Shown here: positions 18,556 through 28,314 of the stretch, in pieces
Position numbering within the stretch: the stretch's first letter is position 1
How the letters are laid out: each line of letters begins with the position of its first letter
The notes under the pieces: model-generated
What the model was told of the DNA's origin: nothing
Seen by the model: only the letters and a program-made list of their open reading frames with translations
Databases searched by the model: none
Source of the DNA: Planctomycetota bacterium
GTDB taxonomy: Bacteria; Planctomycetota; MHYJ01; WSZJ01
Reading direction: 5' to 3'
DNA length: 64,000 nucleotides
Assembly (NCBI GenBank): GCA_038060895.1
Contig: JBBTCT010000022.1
Coordinates: 128,001 to 192,000 of the forward strand
Position numbers and translations under genes: made by a program

Positions 18556-19260
18556 ATGACCCTCGCCACCCGCAACGCTTTCATCTCCGGCGCTTCCTCC
18601 GGCATCGGCCTCGCCACCGCCCAGGCGTTCGCTGCCGCCGGCGCGCGCGTCGCTCTTTTCGCGCGGCGGCTGAACATTCTCAAGGAACACGCGGCGGCGA
18701 TCGGCGAAAAGGCGTTCGCTCTTCGTGGCGACGTCCGCGAATTTCGGTCGATGGAAATCGCGGCGGACCACGTGAAGAAAAAGTGGGGCGCCCCCGCCAA
18801 CGTCGTCGTCGTCAACGCCGGCATCGTCCGGACCGGCGAAATCGGTGCGCTGTCCGCCGAGGATTGGAACGATACGATCGCCACCAACCTCACCGGCGCG
18901 TTCAACACCGCCCGGGCGTTCCTGCCGGGGCTCCTCGAAGGACCGTCCGACCTCGTCTTCATCGCTTCCGTCGCTTCCTACGACACCTGGCCGACCTGGG
19001 GCGCTTACTGCGCTTCAAAGTGGGGCCTCCTCGGCCTGGCGCGCTCGGTCGCGCACGAGGTCCGGCAGAAGGGCGTGCGCGTGACGATCATTGCCCCGGG
19101 CGCCGTTGATACGGAGATCTGGCCGGGCGGGAACAAGCCGCCGGCGGAGAAGATGCTGAAGGCGGAGGATGTTGCCGCGGCAATCGTGAGTGCTGTGTCG
19201 GCGAACCGGCGGGCGAGCTACGACGAGGTGCGGGTGATGCCGGCGTCAGGGTTGTTGTAG
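18556..19260 (+). CDS. SDR family oxidoreductase
   Basis: SGASSGIG, VNAG, YCASK (YxxxK), PGAVDT. Confidence 0.92.
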   Translation: MTLATRNAFISGASSGIGLATAQAFAAAGARVALFARRLNILKEHAAAIGEKAFALRGDVREFRSMEIAADHVKKKWGAPANVVVVNAGIVRTGEIGALSAEDWNDTIATNLTGAFNTARAFLPGLLEGPSDLVFIASVASYDTWPTWGAYCASKWGLLGLARSVAHEVRQKGVRVTIIAPGAVDTEIWPGGNKPPAEKMLKAEDVAAAIVSAVSANRRASYDEVRVMPASGLL

Positions 19261-19383
19261 GCAGGTCCTGGGCCAGTCACTTTCGCACCAAGACCGGGGA
19301 CGAGGTCGATTTCCTGCTTGAGGTGCCCGACGGCCGCGCCGCTCAAGTCTGCCCCGCGATCCGCCGATGAACCCTTTTGCCCC

Positions 19384-20145
19384 ATGTCGCGGCACCACTC
19401 CGACTTTGGCCGACGACGGACGAGCTTCGCCCGATACGCGTGGCTCGCCGGCGCCGGTCTTGCAGCCACGGGAGGCGCGGCGGTATGGCGCTGGCCGGGG
19501 CACGTACACGCGGCGCTGGTCAGCGTTGGCTTCGCGAGGGAACGCACCGTGGACGACGCCGTCCGCGACTACGGCGCGCGCGCGAAGGAACGCTTTGAAC
19601 CCGCCTGCCTCGCCCACAAGATCGCCTGGCCGCCCCCGCGCGTCCGGCTGCTCGCCTTCAAGCGCGAGCGCGTGCTCGAGGTCTGGGTGGCGGGGAAGCG
19701 CGGCGCGTTCGCGAAAGCCGCGGCGTATCCGATCCTCGCCGCGAGCGGCGGGCCGGGGCCGAAGCGCCGCGCGGGGGATTGCCAGGTGCCCGAAGGCTTC
19801 TACAAACTCCCGGTCCTGAACCCCAACAGCAAGTTCCATCTTTCGGTCCGCGTCGATTACCCGAACGCAGACGACCTCGGACACCGCCCGGAGGATCATC
19901 CGGATCCGGGGACCGACATCTATGTCCACGGCGGCGCGAATTCCATCGGCTGCATCGCCATCGGCGACGCTGCGATCGAGGAACTGTTCGCCCTCGTCGC
20001 GCAAGTGCCCGCTTCCGGCCGCGAAATCTGGATCGCGCCGGTGGACCTGCGCAAGGAACCCGGGTACCGGCTGAAGGACGCCGAGCCTTGGGTCGAGGAG
20101 TCGTACCGGAAGCTCGCGGCCCGCATCAAGGCGGAGATGCCGTAA
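19384..20145 (+). CDS. L,D-transpeptidase (YkuD) family protein
   Basis: GPKRRAGDCQVPEGFY, YPN, IYVHGGANSIGC catalytic motif; N-terminal membrane anchor. Confidence 0.85.
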   Translation: MSRHHSDFGRRRTSFARYAWLAGAGLAATGGAAVWRWPGHVHAALVSVGFARERTVDDAVRDYGARAKERFEPACLAHKIAWPPPRVRLLAFKRERVLEVWVAGKRGAFAKAAAYPILAASGGPGPKRRAGDCQVPEGFYKLPVLNPNSKFHLSVRVDYPNADDLGHRPEDHPDPGTDIYVHGGANSIGCIAIGDAAIEELFALVAQVPASGREIWIAPVDLRKEPGYRLKDAEPWVEESYRKLAARIKAEMP

Positions 20146-22569
20146 CTACCTCGAGAGCCGCTTCCGCCACGCCTCGATCACCTCCGGCAAGACCGCGATG
20201 CGCGCCTTCCCGTCCTGCACCAGGATCGCGCGCTCGGAGTAGCGAACCGTTTCCCGGAGAATGTCCAGGACTGAAACGCGGCTTCCCGCGCGCCAGGTGC
20301 GCTTCGAAGAGAAGCCCTGCATGTCCAGCGAGGTACCGCCCAGGGCCGCCCAGGCCTCGATGTGCGAAGTGGTGACGAGATCCGAAGGGATTTCGCGCAC
20401 AACGGACGCCTTTCGCCACCATTCCGCTTCGTGCCGCGCCGCCAGCGCCAGAGCGAGGGCAGTGTTGAACTGGTCATCCCACGGCCGTGAGGCGGCGCGG
20501 GCCACCAGCGACGCTTGCGACTTTTCGTCGTCCTCTCCCCATTCGAAGAGCCGCAGCCGTGCCGCGAAACGGAGGAGGTCGTCGTCGAAGGCCGCGACGT
20601 TTCGGACGCGCCGGACGAGCTCGCGACGGTCGCGGTGATCCCAGGCCTGGAGAGTGCCGGAGTCGATGAACAACAAGAGGGAGATCTCGTCCCAGCCGAC
20701 CCACCCGATGTCGAAGCGAGCCAGCGTCCGCCGGGCGAGATCGGCCGACACGGCCGCCGGAATCTCGATCCTCATGCCCTGCCGGACCCACCATTCGTCC
20801 CCGTCGAGGGCCATGCGGACGAGCTCCGCGGTGGACCCGAGCGCCGCCAGGGCGCGTGCGGCGGAGTCGCGCAGGTTCGTGTCCTTCGACTCCGCAGCCT
20901 TGCGCAGCGCCGGCACCGCGTCCTTGTCCCCGAGGTCGCCCAGCGCCAGCGCGGCATACGCCTCCATCTCCCTGTCGGCCAGGAGCGCGAGCAGGATCTC
21001 CTTCTGCGCTGGCCCGCCGCGCCGGCCCAGGAAACTCGCCGCCTCCGCGCGGACCCATCGGTTGGCGTCCTTGAGAAGCGCTTCCGCTATCGGAAGCTGC
21101 GACGGCGCGTATGCCACCATGGCCGCTCCGAGTGCCTCCCGCCGCAGCCCGGATTCGGTGTCGCGCAGGAGCACGTCGAGCGCCGGGGCCCAGCGTTCGC
21201 CGCGTGTCGAAGCGATCAGGTACAGGAAGTTCTGGCGTATCTCGAGGTTTGGGTCCGACGCCAGCGGTGCTGCGGCCTCCACCAGGCCCGGCGGATCGAT
21301 CGACCGAAGCACCATGCATGCTGCGAGACGTGCCTCGGGGTGCGGGTCCTTGAGCAACCGAAGCGCCGCCGGCGCCGCCTCGCGGCACGCCGTCAGCTCG
21401 ATCGCTTCTGCCGCGGCGTAGCTCAGGTCCCCCGAGGGCGACGTCAACCAGTCGATCATCCGCTCCTTCCACCCGGGCGGCCGCAGCCTCGCAATATCCC
21501 AGCCGGCCAGGGCGGCCCCCTTGCGGAACGGCGCCGCGCCCACCGAATACAGCCGGACCGCCGACCCGGAATCCGCCAGCCCGCCATACGCCCACGTCGA
21601 AGCCGCCACAACTCGAGGCATCCTGTCCCGCAGCAACGGCTCCAGCCACGGAAGCGCTTCCCGCCGCCCCAGTTCCCGGAACGCGCGCGCGGCGGCGGTG
21701 CGCACATTGGTGACCGGGTCCATCAGGCGGCGACGCATCGCAGGCAGCTCGCGGTCCGTCGCGCACCCGCCGAGCGCCTCCACCGCCGCCTTGCGAATCC
21801 GCCAGTCCTGGTCCTCCGTGAGGTGCGCAATCGCCGCGGCCGCGGACGTCGCTTTCAGCTTCCGCGCGGCCTCGAGCGCCACCTTCTGAAGCGGCGCCGG
21901 CGCGAACACGTATCCCGTGACCAGGTCGCCGAACTTCGAATCCCCGGCCTTTCCAAGCGCTTCCACGACAAACGCCCGCTCTTTCTCAATGTCGTCCGTC
22001 CGCGCTTCCAGCCGCGCCGCAATCTCGGGAGCCAGCGGCCGGCACCCGCGACTCGCCAGCTCCCGGTACGGAAGTCCCCTCACCGGGTCGCCCCCGGCCG
22101 CCCGGATCATCGCCACCAGCTCCCGCACCTCCCGGTCGCTCGCGCCGCCGCCCTTCCAGGCCGAAGCCGCGAACTGCAGCAGCTTCGACGTCCGCGGGTC
22201 CTCCGGGGCCTTCACGTCGTCCGGATGATCCGCTTCCGTCGAATCCTCCGGCGGCTCCGGCGCCCCGATCCGCTCCCAGGCGCCCATGAGGCTGGGCCCG
22301 ATCCGGCGCAGAAGCGCAATCCTCTCCGCCGCCTGCCGCGCGCCCGCCGCGCGTTCGGCGTCCGCATCACTCCCGGCGTCCTGCAAGCGCTTGAAGTCCG
22401 CTTCGGACCACTCCTCAAAGCGCCGCTCGATTTCCTCCCGCGCCGCGCCGCGGGCCTCCGTTTCATCCGCAGCGAGGCGCGCGATCAGCTCCGCCATCGT
22501 CGCGGGATCAGCATCCGCCGGGGACATCAGCAGCAGCGCGACGGAAAGGATCCTCAGAGGGCGGAGCAT
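20146..22569 (-). CDS. Secreted HEAT-repeat protein
   Basis: Signal peptide; many LxDxxxxVRxxAAxAL repeats. Confidence 0.85.
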   Translation of the reverse strand: MLRPLRILSVALLLMSPADADPATMAELIARLAADETEARGAAREEIERRFEEWSEADFKRLQDAGSDADAERAAGARQAAERIALLRRIGPSLMGAWERIGAPEPPEDSTEADHPDDVKAPEDPRTSKLLQFAASAWKGGGASDREVRELVAMIRAAGGDPVRGLPYRELASRGCRPLAPEIAARLEARTDDIEKERAFVVEALGKAGDSKFGDLVTGYVFAPAPLQKVALEAARKLKATSAAAAIAHLTEDQDWRIRKAAVEALGGCATDRELPAMRRRLMDPVTNVRTAAARAFRELGRREALPWLEPLLRDRMPRVVAASTWAYGGLADSGSAVRLYSVGAAPFRKGAALAGWDIARLRPPGWKERMIDWLTSPSGDLSYAAAEAIELTACREAAPAALRLLKDPHPEARLAACMVLRSIDPPGLVEAAAPLASDPNLEIRQNFLYLIASTRGERWAPALDVLLRDTESGLRREALGAAMVAYAPSQLPIAEALLKDANRWVRAEAASFLGRRGGPAQKEILLALLADREMEAYAALALGDLGDKDAVPALRKAAESKDTNLRDSAARALAALGSTAELVRMALDGDEWWVRQGMRIEIPAAVSADLARRTLARFDIGWVGWDEISLLLFIDSGTLQAWDHRDRRELVRRVRNVAAFDDDLLRFAARLRLFEWGEDDEKSQASLVARAASRPWDDQFNTALALALAARHEAEWWRKASVVREIPSDLVTTSHIEAWAALGGTSLDMQGFSSKRTWRAGSRVSVLDILRETVRYSERAILVQDGKARIAVLPEVIEAWRKRLSR

Positions 22570-22585
22570 CCCTGCAGTGTAGCGG

Positions 22586-23176
22586 TCATCGCGCCAGCAG
22601 GTCGTCCATCACCCACTTCCGCCAGGTGTGCACCTGCCGCAGCGACTCCAGCCGCTCCCGGAACGCCTTGAACGGGAGGTGCAGCAGCGTCTGGTGAATC
22701 CAGTCCACGCGCGAAGCCGAGGCCGCTTCGTCAACAGCCCAGAGCAGAGGCTCGACGGAGCTTTCGTCGGCCAGGTGCCGGATCGCGGAGAAGAAAATCC
22801 CCGCCTTCCACCCGTTCCCCGTCTCGACGATCTTGATGGCGCGCTCCCAGCAGAACGGAAGCGCGTCGCGCCCGAGCTCTTGCTCGAGCACGTGCGACAG
22901 CCTGTTCACCGGCCCGTGGAGGCCGAGCCGCGTCCGGGCTTCCTCTTCGACGTTTACGTCCTCGACTTGTCGCAGGAAAGCGCGGAAGCGCTTTCCATGC
23001 TCCTTCCACGCCGCAAGGATCGCGGCGGTCGTGCGGATCCGGGGGTCGGGGTGGCGCGCGAATTTCCGGCGCAGGGCGCGCGGGTCGAACGAGCGGCGGA
23101 GGAATCCGTTGCGTGCCGAGGTCCAGGAGCGACCGCGGAGGGGAAGAAGGGAAAACAATTCGCTGGTGGGTTGCAT
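22586..23176 (-). CDS. Hypothetical protein
   Basis: Protein-like C-terminal part of the 22586..24358 ORF, co-oriented with the HEAT gene; start uncertain. Confidence 0.55.
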   Translation of the reverse strand: MQPTSELFSLLPLRGRSWTSARNGFLRRSFDPRALRRKFARHPDPRIRTTAAILAAWKEHGKRFRAFLRQVEDVNVEEEARTRLGLHGPVNRLSHVLEQELGRDALPFCWERAIKIVETGNGWKAGIFFSAIRHLADESSVEPLLWAVDEAASASRVDWIHQTLLHLPFKAFRERLESLRQVHTWRKWVMDDLLAR

Positions 23177-23279
23177 ACCCAAACATAACCGGTTGGCGGC
23201 CTCGGATTTCCCCTTCATTGACGCACCCTTCGCCTCACGGCACGATTCTCGCCCCCAACACTCAAGCAGGAGTCGTCCC

Positions 23280-24788
23280 ATGCCGAAAGTCACCACCCGC
23301 ACCCTGAACCTGATCGGCGGAAAGTGGGTGGAAGCGAAGTCCGGGAAGTGGTTCGAGTCGCGGAATCCTGCGGATGACGGCGACGTTGTCGGCGAGGTGG
23401 CGAAGTCCGGCCCCGACGACGTGGACGCCGCAGTCAAAGCCGCGCGCAAGGCGTTCGACGGGTGGCGGCTGACGCCGGCGCCGAAGCGCAGCGAGATCAT
23501 GGGGCGGGTGGCGCAGATTCTGCGGGAGCGGAAGGAAGAGCTGTCGCAGCTGCTGACGCGCGAGATGGGGAAGGTGATCGAGGAAGCGCGCGGGGACGTG
23601 CAGGAGTCGATCGACACGGCGGCATACGCTGCCGGCGCCGGCACGCGCCTCATGGGCGAGACGGTGCCGTCGGAGCTGCCGGACAAGTTCGCGATGACGG
23701 TGCGCGCGCCGATGGGGGTGTGCGGGCTGATCGCGCCGTGGAACTTCCCGACCGCGATTCCGAGCTGGAAGCTCTTCCCGAGCCTCGTCTGCGGCAACAC
23801 GGTCGTCTTCAAGCCGGCCTCCGACACGCCGATCGTGGCGACGGCGCTGGTGCGGATTTTCGAGGAAGCGGGTTTGCCGGCGGGGTGCATCAACCTGGTG
23901 CACGGCGGCGGCGGCGATGTCGGCATGGCGATCGTGAAGCATCCCGGCGTCGCTTTGATCTCGTTCACGGGCTCCAGCGGCGTCGGCCGCGAGATCGCTT
24001 CGGAGTGCGGCCGCGCGCTTAAGCGCTGCTCGCTCGAGCTCGGCGGCAAGAACGGCTCGATCGTCATGGACGACGCCGACCTCGAGCTCGCCGTGGACGG
24101 CTCGCTCTGGGGCGCCTTCGGCACCACCGGCCAGCGTTGCACCGCGACGAGCCGCATCGTCGTCCACGAGAAGGTGAAGGCGGAGTACCTCTCGCGCCTC
24201 GTAGACCGCGCGAAGAAACTCAAGCTCGGCCCCGGCAACGACGAGAGCGTCAAGGTCGGCCCGCTCGTGAACGCCGGCCGCGTGAAGGAAGTCCAGTCCT
24301 GGGTGGACCGCGGGGTGAAGGAAGGCGCGAAGCTTCTCTGCGGCGGCAAGGCCGCCACGAACGGCGCCCTGAAGAAGGGCTGGTTCTACGAGCCCACCAT
24401 CTTCGACAACGTGAAGGCCGGTGACACGCTCGCGCAGGAAGAAATCTTCGGCCCGGTGCTGAGCGTGATCACCGTGAAGTCCTTCGACGAAGCGATCGCC
24501 GCGCTCAACAACTCGAAGTACGGCCTCAGCGCTTCGATCTACACGCAGGACGTCAACCGCGCCTTCCGCGCCGCGCGCGACGTCGAGACCGGCATCCTCT
24601 ACATCAACTCTTCGACGATCGGCGCCGAGAACCACCTGCCCTTCGGCGGCATGAAGGAAACCGGCAACGGCCACCGCGAGGGCGGATGGACCGCCTACGA
24701 CATCTACTCGGAGATTCGGACGGTCTACGTGGATTTCTCGGGGAAGCTGCAGCGCGCGCAGATCGATAATCGGAAGGCGGAGTCCTAA
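23280..24788 (+). CDS. Aldehyde dehydrogenase family protein
   Basis: PWNFP, KPA, SFTGS, LELGGKN, GQRCTA, EEIFGPV, PFGGMKETG. Confidence 0.96.
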   Translation: MPKVTTRTLNLIGGKWVEAKSGKWFESRNPADDGDVVGEVAKSGPDDVDAAVKAARKAFDGWRLTPAPKRSEIMGRVAQILRERKEELSQLLTREMGKVIEEARGDVQESIDTAAYAAGAGTRLMGETVPSELPDKFAMTVRAPMGVCGLIAPWNFPTAIPSWKLFPSLVCGNTVVFKPASDTPIVATALVRIFEEAGLPAGCINLVHGGGGDVGMAIVKHPGVALISFTGSSGVGREIASECGRALKRCSLELGGKNGSIVMDDADLELAVDGSLWGAFGTTGQRCTATSRIVVHEKVKAEYLSRLVDRAKKLKLGPGNDESVKVGPLVNAGRVKEVQSWVDRGVKEGAKLLCGGKAATNGALKKGWFYEPTIFDNVKAGDTLAQEEIFGPVLSVITVKSFDEAIAALNNSKYGLSASIYTQDVNRAFRAARDVETGILYINSSTIGAENHLPFGGMKETGNGHREGGWTAYDIYSEIRTVYVDFSGKLQRAQIDNRKAES

Positions 24789-25063
24789 CCCGCGGCCGGC
24801 GGTTTCTTCCGCGACATCACGAAGCAGACGACCCCGACAACGAGGCCGAGGAGCCCGGGGACGAGGAGCCCGACGCCGATCCCGATCGCCGTGCCGACCT
24901 CGCTGGAATTCACGGCACCCGCGGCGGCGGCGATGATCGCGAACAGGCCGCCGAGCACGAAGAGGCAACCGCAGCCGCCGCATCCGAAGGCGCCGATCTT
25001 GAGCGCCGGGTTGGCGCCGGCCGCAGCAGGCTGGGAGGGTTGTGCCGTGGGTGCTGTCTCCAT
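24785..25063 (-). CDS. Small two-TM membrane protein
   Basis: GCGGCGC followed by two hydrophobic helices. Confidence 0.6.
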   Translation of the reverse strand: METAPTAQPSQPAAAGANPALKIGAFGCGGCGCLFVLGGLFAIIAAAAGAVNSSEVGTAIGIGVGLLVPGLLGLVVGVVCFVMSRKKPPAAG

Positions 25064-25171
25064 CGACACGAACATCCGGAATCGGGGGCGCCATGTCAAT
25101 TCCGATTGCGCCGACTGAGCGCGAGCGCCGCCAATCCCGCCAGAACGGCGTTCGTCCCGTAGCATGTCCCG

Positions 25172-26548
25172 GTGATTTCCGCCGAGACGAGCTACCTGTT
25201 CCGGCACGCGCTGCTGCGCGACGCCGCTTACCACCTGCACCTCCCCGGCGACCGCGCCCGGCTTCACCGGCTGGCACTGGAGGCGATTGAAGCCCTGGCC
25301 GGCGGCCGGGCGCCGGAGGGTGACGGGGCGCACCCGACGGACGCGTTCGCAGAGGAGCTGGCCGGACACGCCGCGGGCGCGGGGGAGGAGATGAGGGAGG
25401 TCGAAAAGCGCTACCTCGCCCGCGGGGCGCGGCACGCCTCGCGCCAGAACCGCGACGACGCAGCCGAGCGTCTCTGGCGCCGCCACGCCGGCCTGTCGGC
25501 GGGCGCCGAGCGCGGCGACTCGCTCGGACGCGCCGGGTCCGCCGCGGGAAACGCGGGGCGGCAGAAGGCCGCCCTGGCGCTCTTCGAAGAGGCGCTCGTC
25601 CTGCAACAGGCCTCCGGCGACCGGGTGCGCGAAGCCCAGGCCCTGGGCAATCTAGCTTCCGCGACACTCGACTTCGGCGACGTGGACGAGTCGCTGCGCC
25701 GGTTCGAGCAGGCCCTCGCTCTTCACCGCGCCGCCGGCGACCGCTCCGGAGAAAGCGTGACCCTGAACGGCCTTGCGATCCTGCTGCGCAACACCGGCCG
25801 ACTCCCCGAGGCCGAGCGCGCTTTCGAGGAGATCCTCGCCTCAAACCGCGCCGCCGGCGACCTCCACCGCGAGGCCGCATCGTTCGGTAACCTCGGCGCC
25901 GTCTACACCGAGACCGGCCGTGCTGAGAAGGCCCGCGAAGCCTTTTCACGGGCCCTGGACAATTTCCGCAGTCTAGGGGAACGCCGCCATGTAGCCATTG
26001 CGGAAGCGAACCTCGCCACGATCGACAGCGTCGCCGGCCGGCTCGACGACGCCGAGAAACACTTCAAGTCGGCCCTGGCCACTCACCACGACCTGGGCAA
26101 CCGGCGATCCGAGGGGATCCTCCTCACAAACCTCGGAGCGCACTACGCCAACAACGGCCGACCCGTCGAAGCGGAGAGCGCGCTCGACTCCGCCCTCGCT
26201 CTTCACCGCGAAACCGACAACCTCCGGTACGAGGCCGCCACTCTCGGCAATCTCGCGATCCTGCGGCGGGATGCGGGGAGGCTCGACGAAGCGCTCGCGG
26301 TGGTGGACGAGGCGCTGTTTCTGCACCGCCAGTTCCGGAACCGGCGCTACGAGGGGATTGTGCTCTGCGACCGTTCGTCGATCCACCTTGCAGCGGGGCG
26401 GATCGAGTCGGCGTGCAAGGACTGGAAGGACGGGGTGGCGCTGCTGCGCGAGGTCGGCGACACCGGGAGCCTCGAACGCAAAACGGTGGCGATGCGCGAA
26501 GCGTGCGCGGCGGCGGGGGTGACGGCTCTGGATGCAGCCTCTCCGTGA
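25172..26548 (+). CDS. Tetratricopeptide repeat protein
   Basis: Multiple about 40-aa xLxNLAxxxxxxG repeats; N-terminal YLFRHALLRDAAY. Confidence 0.85.
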   Translation: MISAETSYLFRHALLRDAAYHLHLPGDRARLHRLALEAIEALAGGRAPEGDGAHPTDAFAEELAGHAAGAGEEMREVEKRYLARGARHASRQNRDDAAERLWRRHAGLSAGAERGDSLGRAGSAAGNAGRQKAALALFEEALVLQQASGDRVREAQALGNLASATLDFGDVDESLRRFEQALALHRAAGDRSGESVTLNGLAILLRNTGRLPEAERAFEEILASNRAAGDLHREAASFGNLGAVYTETGRAEKAREAFSRALDNFRSLGERRHVAIAEANLATIDSVAGRLDDAEKHFKSALATHHDLGNRRSEGILLTNLGAHYANNGRPVEAESALDSALALHRETDNLRYEAATLGNLAILRRDAGRLDEALAVVDEALFLHRQFRNRRYEGIVLCDRSSIHLAAGRIESACKDWKDGVALLREVGDTGSLERKTVAMREACAAAGVTALDAASP

Positions 26549-26562
26549 CCGCCGAAAATCCG

Positions 26563-26859
26563 CTACCCGCCTGCGAGCGCCCCGATGATGTAGTACGCCT
26601 CAACCCCGCGGGCCACTGCTTCAGGCAGCGGCGCGTCGATCGGCTCGTCGCTCAGGTCCTTCTCGCACGCGAAGAATCGCAGGAACGCCCGGCGTAGCTT
26701 CGTCGAGTGGTCCCGAATTGTCCCCGCGAGCATGGGGTACTTCGCCTCGAGCGCGTCGAAGACCCGGCGCTGCGTGACCGGGGCCTCGACTTCGAGAGCG
26801 ACTTCCATGCCGACCTTTGCCAGGGTGCGAAGGTGCTGCGGCAGCGCGACGCGGATCAC
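26563..26859 (-). CDS. MoaD/ThiS family ubiquitin-like sulfur carrier
   Basis: [10 protein letters not shown]...LEAKYP...IIGALAGG with C-terminal GG; GTG start overlaps upstream stop. Confidence 0.9.
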   Translation of the reverse strand: MIRVALPQHLRTLAKVGMEVALEVEAPVTQRRVFDALEAKYPMLAGTIRDHSTKLRRAFLRFFACEKDLSDEPIDAPLPEAVARGVEAYYIIGALAGG

Positions 26860-27971
26860 TTGAGCGTCTGCACTTCCACGGAGACGACCGACGGCAGGTT
26901 CTGGACGATCGGGCGCCAGTTGTCTCCTCCGTCCGGCGAGACGTAGACCTGGCCGCCGGTGGTGCCGAAGTAGATGCCGGCCTCGTCGAGCGAGTCGGTG
27001 GAGAAGGCGTCGCGCAGGACGTTCATGTAGTTGTTGGCCTGCGGGAGCCCCTTGCCGAGCGCTTCCCATTCGTTGCCGCCGACCTTGCTCCGGTAAACGC
27101 GCATCTTGCCTTCGGGGGTGTAGTGCTCGGAGTCGGAGAGAATCGGCACGACGTACACCGTGTTGGGCTCGTGCGGGTGCACGGCGATGGGGAAGCCGAA
27201 GTCGCTCGGCAGGTTGCCGCTGATGATGCGCCAGTTGTCGCCGCCGTCGTCGGAGCGGCAGACGTTCCAGTGGAGCTGGAGGAAGAGCGTCTTTGGCTTC
27301 GACTTGTGCATGGCGATCTTGTGGACGCAGAAGCCGACGGTGGCCTTGGGGTCGGGGATGTACTTGGAAGTGAGGCCGTTGTTGCTGGGCCTCCACGTTT
27401 TCCCTCCGTCCTCGGTGCGGAAACACCCCGCGGCCGAGATCGCGATCCACATTTTCTTCGAGTCGGCCGGGTCGAACAGGACGGTGTGGAGGCACATGCC
27501 GCCGGCGGACGGCATCCAACCCGACGACGACGGGTGGTTGCGCAGCCCCGCGAGTTCGCTCCAGTTCTTGCCGCCGTCGGTCGATTTAAAGAGCGCCGCG
27601 TCCTCGACGCCCGCGTAGACGGTGTCGGCGTCCTTCGGGTCGGGCTCGACGTGCCAGACGCGTTTAAAAGCCCACGGCTTGTCTGAGCCGTCGTAGTACT
27701 TGTGCGTCCCGGTCGGGCCGTCGTACTCGAATTTGTTGCCGACCGCTTCCCAGGTCTTGCCGCCGTCGCTCGAGCGCTGCATGACCTGCCCGAACCAGGC
27801 ACTGGTCTGTGAAGCGTAAATCCGGTTCGGATCCACGGGGGAGCCCTTGAGGTGGTAAAGCTCCCAGCCGCCGAAGAGCGGGCCCTGGACGTCCCACTTT
27901 TCGCGTTTGGCGTCGGAAGTGAGAATGAAGGCGCCTTTGCGGGTGCCGACGAGGACGCGGACGTGGCTCAT
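26856..27971 (-). CDS. BNR/Asp-box beta-propeller (sialidase-like) protein
   Basis: Repeated SxDGGxTW Asp-boxes; [11 protein letters not shown]-terminus; no signal peptide. Confidence 0.88.
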   Translation of the reverse strand: MSHVRVLVGTRKGAFILTSDAKREKWDVQGPLFGGWELYHLKGSPVDPNRIYASQTSAWFGQVMQRSSDGGKTWEAVGNKFEYDGPTGTHKYYDGSDKPWAFKRVWHVEPDPKDADTVYAGVEDAALFKSTDGGKNWSELAGLRNHPSSSGWMPSAGGMCLHTVLFDPADSKKMWIAISAAGCFRTEDGGKTWRPSNNGLTSKYIPDPKATVGFCVHKIAMHKSKPKTLFLQLHWNVCRSDDGGDNWRIISGNLPSDFGFPIAVHPHEPNTVYVVPILSDSEHYTPEGKMRVYRSKVGGNEWEALGKGLPQANNYMNVLRDAFSTDSLDEAGIYFGTTGGQVYVSPDGGDNWRPIVQNLPSVVSVEVQTLK

Positions 27972-28081
27972 GGGGGCTCCTGGGGATGTGGTGGAAGGGA
28001 GGTTGTACTAGAAGTTGCGGGGGCGGAAAAGATCTCGGGCTCTGTGGAGGGGGAGAGGTCATGACCTCACTCCGGGGAGTG

Positions 28082-28216
28082 AAAACGGCAGGGGCCAGGG
28101 CAGGATCGGGTTGGGGATTGGGGGGGCTGGGGCTTGGGATGGGGATAGGGCGTCGTAAAAGGAGCGCCCCATCCCCCCCCGGCCCAAACCCGGCGTTCCC
28201 CATCCCCTGCCGTTTT
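28082..28216. repeat. G-rich about 6-nt periodic inverted-repeat element
   Basis: AAAACGGCAGGGG...GGGATGGGGAT / CCCCATCCCC...CCCCTGCCGTTTT. Confidence 0.6.
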
Positions 28217-28314
28217 TCCATTCCGAACCAAAGCGCTCCCACTTCCGTTACCTCTTGATAGCACGCGACTTGCCCCTATAATCTCGCGCCTTCTCGAGGA
28301 ACATCCCCCCCACC

